Source of the DNA: Klebsormidium nitens
Taxonomy: Eukaryota > Plantae > Klebsormidiophyceae
Assembly: GCA_000708835.1 (NCBI GenBank)
Contig: DF237245.1
Span: 52,491-110,037, forward strand
Direction: 5' to 3'
DNA: 57,547 bases
Shown here: piece by piece, positions 35,527 through 44,537 of the stretch
How the letters are laid out: each line of letters opens with the position of its first letter
How positions within the stretch are numbered: position 1 is the stretch's first letter
The notes under the pieces: generated by a model
Told to the model about the DNA's origin: nothing
The model's input: only the letters and a program-made list of their open reading frames with translations
Database searches by the model: none
Program-made: the position numbers and the translations under genes

Positions 35527-37336
35527 CAAAGGCGCTTGCGCAGCACTTTGCTATGGGATGGTTGTACTTGTGAGGTGTGCTCAATGAATTTATGTAGTGG
35601 ACTAAATAGATTTACGCGCATGTGCAGCTTCGCCTTGGTAGGTTCAGTAGTGCCAAAAGAATACTATATGTGAAAGACCATTAAGCCACTTGATTCAAAG
35701 CGTGTTTCCAGACGCTTCGTTGAGTTTGCAAGCCGTTTTTGATACCACTCCCCATTTTTCTGAACGTCTGCTTTTGAGTGCTTATCAACTAGAGACAAAG
35801 AAGTCGTTCCCACCTTCAGAAATGTACACGGGCTAGGTCCGCATGCGCCAGTGTCTGAGATATGCAATCAAGCTTCAATTCGGTGACCTTCGATGGAGGA
35901 AGACGTCTCACGTCTTAGTGCACCATGCTATCTGAATGTCGATCCACGCCTTCGAAGGGGACAGTCTTGAATACCTGTAGACCTAAGACTTGCACCTTGG
36001 GTCTGAGAGATCCGATCTGTTCTCAAAACAGCTCCAACAGCCCCCGCTTCCGAACAGATTTTGGGCAGACCCCGCGCACTCAAAGATTCACACGTCTTCC
36101 ATGTAAGCCCACATCAGTCTACAGGACCTTGCATGCGAGCTTAAGCCAGTCGCTAACAAGTACTGACAGTCCAAGTCGATCAGAAACCATGTTTCGACGT
36201 GCTTCCGCTTTCTGCTTGCGTGCTGACGCTTTTTTGTACGATCAATCTGCTATCTTCTGCAAGCTTAAATCCAGCCAGATATCTCTGAAGTGATAGACTC
36301 AAGCGCATCGGGGGAAAAATCGTGTTTGCCCACTTCTTCACCAAGCTCTGCTAAAATGTCCGAGCGTGTTTTAGGAAACGGCCGGACCTGATCATTGCAA
36401 ACTTCATGGAAAAGGAAAGGCATGCTCAGACCTTTGAGAATTCTGAGATCTTCGCTGAGGAGTGCCGCTTATATTGCCAGCTTCGGATTAGTACATGATC
36501 TTATTCCAGACATTTCGTCTCGCTAACTTAGGGGAAAATTTTGAAAACACACAGATCACCGTACATTCATAGTATTCTTTTGAAATCGTGATGTGATTTC
36601 TGGTTCCAGTTCGATGCAGTCTTATTAGATTGATTTTCCATACATGCGTCATGGCGCGCCTGCCGAGCAAGGCTAAAAGCGGCAACCCTTTTGTGGAACG
36701 TACCAGATACTACCGATCTGACCGGACTCCGACAGTTTTTGACTCATTTCTGGTGAACTGGCAATGGCTCCGACGATATTCAGGATGTAATCATGATATA
36801 ATCGTTGTTCTTCCAGCACTTTGCACTGGAACGAATTACAGTATGGCCACCAGAAAGCCAGAGTAATCGGTGGCGCCCATTTTCATTTTACATGCATCTC
36901 ACGGGCCCCTCGTTGGATGAAGCGAACAGTGATCAGTCGCCAGATCGGAGCCGAAGTTTTACGTTTTAAATATCAATTGGGCGGCCGGGTCTGAAAACCT
37001 ATAGTAAGACGCGCCAGTTTCGAACTTCTGGTACTGCAAGACACCCAGTTCGGAGATCCTTCAAGATCTAATCATGAAGGCATGGGGGGCGGCCATGCAG
37101 ACGCCACCGCGCGCAGCGCGCGCGGCTGCATTTGATGTGCTACCACGCTCCTAAAAACAGAGTCACAGACGGAGTCACAGACGGTGTGGCAGACGTCACT
37201 AACTCATCCAGGTTTTGTTGCAAAAGTCTATCAGCGACCGTCGTGCACGTAACAAATCCATTGCAAGAGTGTGAAAGCAAACTTTGTGAAACAACTTTCA
37301 ATAACAACGGTATGCAGAGTTTTGTCAAACAACCGT

Positions 37337-38200
37337 TCAATCCACCTCCCACGGCGCCGGCTTGAGGGACGCCTTGATGGGCTCTTTCTTCGCTTCCATC
37401 GCCACCTTGGCCGCGTCTCTTTCCACTCCCGCAATCTTCTCTCTCACCTCTTCCAGCGTGCCCATCAGTTTTATTGCATTCTTGGTCACGTGGCCCCTCT
37501 CATATTCGTAGTACGAGTGGCAATATCCGAGACTCCAAAGGTGACAGCTTTCCCCGGCAGCCTCCAATTTAACCATCAGTTGCAGCACTTTTGCGCGGAA
37601 TTGCGCGGCCTTTGGGGACGTCCAATCCGGTCCTTTGTTCACCGATGCCCGTTTGATCTCTTCCAGAACTGGGCGCCAGAGTTCTGTTGAGCCCCGTTTG
37701 ATTCTCAAATTTGCGGTATGTTCATCCTCGGCAGCGAAGGTGTTCAGAAAGAAGGTGAGGAGCACGCTCTTTTGGTTCTCTTCCGCGATATCATCCTCTG
37801 AATCCGGTCCCGTTTCTTCAGAGGGATCCCGGCCCGTCTCCCACACATCTGTGCCCGGCAACCGGAGTAGCTCCGCAGCAAACGTCTTCGGAAATTCTGC
37901 ACCGTGTTTTTGCCAGCAAAGCCTCAAGCGGGAGGCGTGCTTCTCTAGCATGACGCTTCTTCTGAAGTAATCCATTTCGTTCAGAGACTCGGCCACCTCT
38001 TGAAAGACCCATGGAATCACCACTGAGGGACTCGGCGCAGGTTGATTCGCACTCGCACTGCTTCTCTTGCTACCCTGATTATCAGTGAACTTCTCCGACA
38101 AAGGCAGCAGAGCCTCCTTCCTGAGGTCTTCAGACGCTAAGGTGCTAGAATCATGATCAAGAGTGCCCTTTGAGGCAAGGATAGAGCAACTCAACCCCAT
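37337..38200 (-). CDS. Orphan paired-gene family, type A copy 2 (intact, 287 aa)
   Basis: Intronless ORF MGLSCSIL...PSPSVVIPWVFQEV...KASLKPAPWEVD*. Confidence 0.85.
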   Translation of the reverse strand: MGLSCSILASKGTLDHDSSTLASEDLRKEALLPLSEKFTDNQGSKRSSASANQPAPSPSVVIPWVFQEVAESLNEMDYFRRSVMLEKHASRLRLCWQKHGAEFPKTFAAELLRLPGTDVWETGRDPSEETGPDSEDDIAEENQKSVLLTFFLNTFAAEDEHTANLRIKRGSTELWRPVLEEIKRASVNKGPDWTSPKAAQFRAKVLQLMVKLEAAGESCHLWSLGYCHSYYEYERGHVTKNAIKLMGTLEEVREKIAGVERDAAKVAMEAKKEPIKASLKPAPWEVD

Positions 38201-38740
38201 CTCCTTGTTGAAAATATTTATTGTAGTTGAGACCAAGAGATGATCGGCGCACGTCCCAGCTGCTCGTGTTATTACTCTTTGTTGGTGAACAAACACAACT
38301 CTCGCTGACGCTGACCGCCGAAGGGGCGGCCGGCGTCGCGCTATTTCAGCCCGTGATGAAACGGAAGGGTTTGGGCGCAGACTCTAGACACCGGCCGCCG
38401 CGCCCGGATGCGGATATTGGGACGCACGAAGAGTTGCGGGCCGGCCGCGCATCCGCGCGCACTGGAGCGGCCCAAACCCTCCAGATGCACCGTCACGATT
38501 CAACAAAGAAATTCATTTGGTACTCGCGCGCTTCCGCAAGGCGACGCCAGGGTAGACTTGTCCTACTGTACTTGTTCACCAACTTCTTGGCACAGAACGA
38601 GTCGACGATCTACGGCGATATTGGTCTTGAACAGCTCCGTCCTGGCCATGTCATGCCTAAGGCGTGCAGAAAAAAGGAGACGACGCAGTACCGGTGGCCT
38701 CTTCCGCAGCCCACCTCGACAAATACAGCGCTCTTAATAT

Positions 38741-39635
38741 ACATGGTAGACCGCCCGGGAGGGCGGTGGGGGCTTGCCTATTCTGTGGGGCGACCGGGCG
38801 GATTTTACAAAGTACGTTTGCTGGCTATTGCGGATCAGTCCCGGTCTCCCCGGAATGTACCTAGGACGCCTACGAAAAAACCTATAGTCGAGGTGCGCCT
38901 ACCGAACTATGTGCCGCAGGCGGCTTTCCTGCCGCCTGCGGTGTGCGGCAAATATCCAGGCGCCCACCGCAGCTCCTTGCAAATATTCGTAAACTCCCAT
39001 TGGAGAAACAGAGCTATGCAGTGATTCTCTGTAAATTGTCGTGGATTTTTCCAGCGCAAGGGTCCGTACAGCCTCGTACGGTGCGTACTGTAAGCGCTGT
39101 GCAGTGCATATGATACCAGGTCACCAGGCTTCCCTCCTCCCGGGCACTTTGACGCATCTTTACCACACTTTGGGTGCAATACTGATGGAGTCCATTGCAG
39201 TTAAGGGTATCCTAATTTTCTTTTTCTGCACTTAACGACCGGGTTACGAGGCAGTGTCAGGCGCTTGGCAGAGGTACCAACTTCAACGTGGCAACGTCGC
39301 ACAAGTTCGTAGAACTCGTAATGTCACGTGGCAGCTCTACAAAAACTGGGTCAGCCTTACATGATTACGTTATTTTGCGGCGGCCCAATCGCGTCCGCGT
39401 TCGATGCGTAGCAGTAAATCACGAAGTCGCGCGGCCCAGTCTGTCCTTGGCCCCGGACCAGGTGTGGATCTTTTGGGGGATATTGCGTACGTTTTCGTAT
39501 CGAACCAGGGGCAACCTCAAAATAAGCTAGACTCCGCATCGTTATCTTCCGCAGAGCGGCGTCATACAGTGTCGCCCGAAGAGCGGCTGGTAGCAAACCA
39601 AAGGTTCGCATATTTACTTCGTAAATAGGCAAGCC
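38741..39635 (-). mobile_element. Non-autonomous Helitron2/Helentron-like element (~0.9 kb)
   Basis: An asymmetric perfect 12-bp inverted repeat: GGCTTGCCTATT at 38771-38782 and AATAGGCAAGCC at 39624-39635. The hairpin ACCGCCC-GGGA-GGGCGGT (38750-38767) lies between the inner repeat and the end. A second hairpin TATTTAC-TTC-GTAAATA overlaps the terminal repeat. AATAT occurs at both junctions, and B-family homology resumes on both sides. Confidence 0.7.
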
Positions 39636-39956
39636 AATATGCAGCTGACGAAATAATTCAAGGGGGAACGAGGGCAGTTAGGGCGTGGCCACGGACAGTG
39701 ACGTCAGCCTCCGGACGGCTCCGCCCTCTAGTATGGTCATTCCGTGGTTTTAGCATGCGTAACGGACTCGATAAGTGAGACGGACGCCTTGAGAAGAGGC
39801 GTCACGTGCACGTGGGAGCTCTTCTGGCAAGAATACAGGGCTCGCTTCCTGGAGGAGTTTGCTAGCGCGTTGACCCGAATCTTGGAAACCGGGGACCACA
39901 GGGATCAGTTTGCAGAATTCGTGCTGGATATCATCTCTGCTGGAAATGCAAACGAG

Positions 39957-40153
39957 AGTCTGGTAAGTAAAGAGTGACTTAACAGCGGGGTGACTTAAGA
40001 TAGGCACCCGGGAGACGGGTGGGGTTAGTATGGTGGTTAGGGTGGGTTCGGGTGCGGAGCGGGTAATTATTTGGGTGAGGTTTTTTGATTTGATTGGTCG
40101 GGACTCGTGAATCTTAAGTCACTCACCCGTTAAGTCACCCCGGAGTTACCAGT
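39957..40153. mobile_element. MITE-like insertion (197 bp) with ~41-bp imperfect TIRs and an 11-bp target duplication
   Basis: ATGCAAACGAG flanks both sides (39946-39956, 40154-40164). The left arm is ctggtaa-gtaaaga-gtgacttaac-agcggg-gtgacttaaga; the reverse complement of the right arm is ctggtaa-ctccggg-gtgacttaac-gggtga-gtgacttaaga. Removal restores AGNANEGTEKVHVT, colinear with B3 AGEATGETERMHVT. Confidence 0.85.
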
Positions 40154-42284
40154 ATGCAAACGAGGGGACTGAGAAAGTGCACGTGACGAGACGATCAGCG
40201 GACCTACGGCCTTTGATCGTCAAAACCTTTCAACAAAGCTCGGTTTGGAGGCAACTAGGGCCAGAATGGACCTCCGTCCCCGCGGTCGACTCCAGTGAAA
40301 GAAAGCAGCGACTGATCGCGGACATGAAGGCTGTGGCCATCAAGAAGCAGCTGTGGAGCACTAAAAAGCTTTTCTACCCTTCTCAGAACAGCTTCGCAAA
40401 CGGAAACGCTAAGAAGCTGCTAGATGCATCACGGAGGTTAGGAGAAATCATTGGGTGAGTGGATTAAGAAGCAAACAAGGTACTAAAAGTCGTTTGTTGA
40501 GACGTCCCTCAAGCGGGTGCCTTAAGTAGTGCAGGGACCGTCAAAATGGTATAGTAAGCTCACAACAAGGAAGGAGAATTTTGCGCCGTGCTATCGATCA
40601 GATGTTTCTAATTAGGTGTGCTCAAACGTTGTTAAGGACACACATATCTGATACGGACTTAGATAAAAAGCGGCCTTTTGAGTGTAGGCGCGCTGTTGAA
40701 AGCTTCGTGACCCACATTAGTCTATCAATCTGAATCTCCGAACGGGCCATTGTGATTGAACGTACTCTGGGGGTCTTTTTTCAACGAGTACGTTCAATTG
40801 TTTCTGGGTTCTTGCTTTGGAGGCAAGATCAGCCGAAGACACTTAAAATCGTGTCCGCGTCACGTCAACTGTCGACGAGAACGGGTTGGGGCTGTGCATC
40901 CGCAGATATTCGTGCGTCAGGAAGTCCGCTGGAGTCCAATGAAGTTTCGTGGAGGAAGAACTTCGAGTCACACGGGTCGGCCATGCAATTTTGAAGGGAG
41001 GTTCAAGCCGGAAGTAAGATCAGCCCCCCGTTCCGGATCCATTTGTGCTCTCGATATGAGTGTTGGCGCAGATTGAATATTAAAGCCCACTCCATGATCT
41101 GAAGTCGACTTCGGGAGGCTTGCACGTTGACAACTACAGAAGTCGTACTTGTCTACAGAAAAAACTCATAGACGTCCGCATCGGCCTTATGCTAAGCTTT
41201 CACAGAACTTGCCAAATGTATATACGTGATCTGGCTAACGTTTCATATCCGATAATACGTCGTGCATACATTACGTACGGCTCAGGATGGTCCGCGCCGC
41301 ATCGCTGCAGCCTGTTTCAAAGTCTAGCTGATGAGCACCATGCTGGACGACGGGTAAACGAGCGCCGCTCGATCTTTCACCTCCAATTGTTCTTCGCAAT
41401 CGGGTGCATAAGAGGCGTAATCAATGACACTTACTGAGAGAAGAAAGCATTCCTGCTTAGAAAGTTATCATACATTGACCGGAACCAGGAAAGCGTCGAG
41501 CAAGAGTGCCAGACGTTTTCAAGGTTTCCTTCCGGCTCCAGCGTATATCTCGCAGGCCGAACCTTTGAGGGTGGAGACCTGACGCAGAAGAAGACTTTGA
41601 TAACCTACAGTTCATCGTACATAGTGGTATGCTTCATAGCGCACCTGGCGAGTAAGGTCGAGCGGCAACCCTTGTCGTTTAGTATAGCATTCTGCACTTT
41701 GCGACAGGCCATACTCTGCCCGCCAAAAAGTCAAGGGTGTTCGGTGGCGTCAACATCCAAGTCACTAAGCAACTCAAGCGCACCGGTTGATTTGATCAGT
41801 CGCATACACGCACTTTGAGAAAGGGCAAAAATTCTCTTCCTTTCCAACTCCTTTCTGTATCGTCGGCCCCGCTGAATTTCCTGAAAGGGTCTGAATCTTC
41901 CTTTCAACAGTGCCACTATTTTCCGATCAGAATCATCATGGGCGGCCAAATTTGAAGAATGTTCTAGGGACCCGCCATTGGAATTTTTGTGGGGATAGTT
42001 GAGGGGCCTCTATTCATGGCGGCATGGGCGGCTGCCAATCGCGCCCCACGTTGTGCGCGCGGCCGCGTATGATGTTGAAGCACGCTTTTTATGATCAGCT
42101 TTACAGACGTCACAGACTTTGCAAACGTCACAGACTTTAATCCACTTATTCTTGCCTTTGGTATTAAGCAAGTTGTGATGGAGGACTCTTCATTCCCGAG
42201 TCGGGCAATCCCTGCGCACGTAGTAACTTTTCCGGGGAACGCCAACATTATCCACATTCTTGTCGAACTACAGTCACTGACTTC

Positions 42285-42567
42285 CCCCCCCAACAATTTG
42301 GCGCCTAAAAGACACCACCCATGCCCGTACCAAAGTGTTGTAATGGTATCCGCCCAACAGTCTCCAAAGTGCCACCACAAGAACACCAAATTGGACCTCA
42401 AGCATTATTGACGACTAAAAGGCACGTCTCAATCGGGCGTCAATCAGTCCCTTAGGGCATCTTTGGTGCTTTTCAACCTCTTTTCAAGTGTCAAAGTGTT
42501 GTAATGTGTGTTGCCTATGTGGAGGAAACCCTTTTGGCGCCTTTCAGGCGTCAATCTGTTGGGGGGG
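42285..42567. mobile_element. MITE-like element (283 bp) with ~32-bp imperfect TIRs starting CCCCCCCAACA and an apparent 2-bp TSD (TC)
   Basis: The left end is cccccccaacaatttggcgcctaaaagacacc. The reverse complement of the right end is cccccccaacagattgacgcctgaaaggcgcc. TC occurs at 42283-42284 and 42568-42569. Confidence 0.8.
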
Positions 42568-42588
42568 TCATTTCGTGATAAGTTAAGG

Positions 42589-43335
42589 TCAGTTCACTTC
42601 CCAAGGCGCCAGCTTGAGGGACGCCTTGATGGGCTCTTTCTTCGCTTCCAGCGCCACCTGTGCCGCTTCTTTATCCGCTGCCGCAACCTTCTCTTTCACA
42701 GCTTTCAGACTTGCGCACAGTTTCTCAGCATTCCTACTTACATAGCCGTCATCATAAACCACCAACGACCAAGGGCTGTATCTGCGGATGCCCCAAAAGC
42801 CAAAGGTCTTCCCAAAAGCCTCCAAGTCTGTAAGCAATTGCTGCACTTTCGCTCGGAGATGCGCCGCCTCCGGGGACGTCCAATCTGGGCCCTTGCTCAC
42901 CAATGCCCGTTCAAACTCCTTCAAAACCGGGCGCCAGAGCTCCGTCGACCCTCTCTTGATCCTCAGCGGCTTTGCGGTCTCTCCTTTAGTTTTCGCAGCG
43001 AAGGTGTCCAGAATAAAGCCCAAAAACTGGCGCTTTTTGTTTTTTGGTCCCACGGGTTCCGGCCCTGTTACCCACCAATCCGTAGTATCCGGCAACCGGA
43101 GTAGTTCCGCAGCAAAAGTCTTAGGAAAATCTGCACCATATTATGCCCAGCAGATTCTCAACCGGGCGGCATGCTTCTCTAGCATGACGCTCTGTCTCAA
43201 GTAGTCCGTCTCGCTCAGCGACTCAACCACCTCCTGTAAAACCCACGGAACAACCACGGAAGGAGGTGCAGGCTGGGTTGCACTAATCGCACTGCCTGTT
43301 TCCTTGGGGGTAAGGACAGAGCAACTCAAACCCAT
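42589..43335 (-). pseudogene. Orphan paired-gene family, type A copy 3 (one in-frame nonsense codon)
   Basis: MGLSCSVL...RLRICWA-TAA (43141-43143; A1 has GAA)-YGADFPKTF...KASLKLAPWEVN*. The 747 nt are all in one frame. Confidence 0.85.
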
Positions 43336-43730
43336 TGCTTACGGTTCAAATGTAGGGACATGAACTACAGTAAATGCTCTGTGCGCCTGGCTCTCTTTGG
43401 CGCTGTTCTGTTGAACAAACAGCATACGGGCGACCAGCGCGGCCGGCGTCGCATAAGTCGATGCTGAATTTATGAACACAAGGGTTTAGGTGCAAACTCT
43501 GAGTGGGCAGACGGCGGCCGCCGCGCGCCCACGTTGCGGCCCGGCTTCGCGCCCGCGCGGTCGTGGCCTAAACCCTCCACACCCGCGCAGTCAGAAGGCC
43601 GACGCGCCCTTGAACCTGGTACGTGCATGCTTAATGATGCTTGTTCACCAACTCTTTGGAACAGCACCGCTGATTTAAAATCAGTACAACAGTTGTAACA
43701 ACTTCTCAGACGGTTGTCACGGAAAGCAGC

Positions 43731-44537
43731 ATGGGACTGACCAGCTCCCTGCTGGCCAGGTCAGGCGGGAAGCATGCTTCCGGAGACGCTGTGGTTGAGT
43801 CTTCCAACCTGAACAAAGGCTCCGCTCGAGACTGCTCTACCAGAAAGAAAGCAGATGATTTGAATGAATATGGGGTGACTACAGGGAAGGGCGATGAGCC
43901 AATCCGGACAGCCCCTCCCTCGGTGGTCATTCCGTGGGTTCTGAGTGACGTGGTTGACTCGTTAAGCGAGACGGATGGTTTGAGGAGAGGCGTCACGTGG
44001 GAGCAGCATGCAGCCCGGTTGCGGGTCTGCTGGCAAGAGTACGGGGCCGAGTTTCCAAAGGAGTTTGCGGGGGCGCTAACCGGCTGCTTGGAAACAGGTG
44101 GCAATGGAGATCAGGTTGCAACTTTCCTGTTGGATATCTTTGCTGGGGAAGCAACCGGGGAGACTGAGAGAATGCACGTGACAAAAGGGACGAAGGAGCT
44201 GTGGCCCTTGGTTTTCAGGAAGTGTCGACAGAGCTTGCTTCGGAAGAGAGAGCCAGACTGGACCTCCATTCCCGCGATAGAGTCCCGTCAAAAGATCCGA
44301 CAGCTGCTTTGGAAGTTGGAATCTGTGGGCACCAGCAAGCAGCTGTGGAGCAAAAGGGTCTTCTCCTTTGAAGAGCAAAAATTTGCAAACAAGAACGCCA
44401 AGAGACTGCTGAAAGCATTGAAGAAACTGGAAAGGGGCCTTGATCGAGTAGATAGGGAAGCAAACAAGGTGATTGGGGAAGCAAAGAGAGTTGCTATCGA
44501 GGCAACCCTTAAGCCGGCGCCTTGGGAAGTGCAGTGA
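43731..44537 (+). CDS. Orphan paired-gene family, type B copy 3 (intact, 268 aa)
   Basis: Intronless ORF MGLTSSLL...RTAPPSVVIPWVL...EATLKPAPWEVQ*. Confidence 0.85.
   Translation: MGLTSSLLARSGGKHASGDAVVESSNLNKGSARDCSTRKKADDLNEYGVTTGKGDEPIRTAPPSVVIPWVLSDVVDSLSETDGLRRGVTWEQHAARLRVCWQEYGAEFPKEFAGALTGCLETGGNGDQVATFLLDIFAGEATGETERMHVTKGTKELWPLVFRKCRQSLLRKREPDWTSIPAIESRQKIRQLLWKLESVGTSKQLWSKRVFSFEEQKFANKNAKRLLKALKKLERGLDRVDREANKVIGEAKRVAIEATLKPAPWEVQ

Larger units (their letters stand above)
38620..40540 (+). pseudogene. Orphan paired-gene family, type B copy 2 (pseudogene carrying two insertions)
   Basis: The 5' remnant ATTGGTCTTGAACAGCTCCGTCCTG (GL/NSSVL) has lost its start and is frameshifted. 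It continues GDDAVPVASS, then an insertion at 38741-39635, then LRTAPP with a frameshift near 39748, then ETDALRRGVT, a second insertion at 39957-40153, then VHVTR..PEWTSVPA..NAKKLLDA and premature stops after 40456. Confidence 0.85.

Noticed and set aside
38227-39024. 265-aa plus-strand ORF
   Set aside because: It is a chance frame crossing the A2/B2 promoter, the B2 5' remnant and the Helentron-like insertion, with no coherent protein features.
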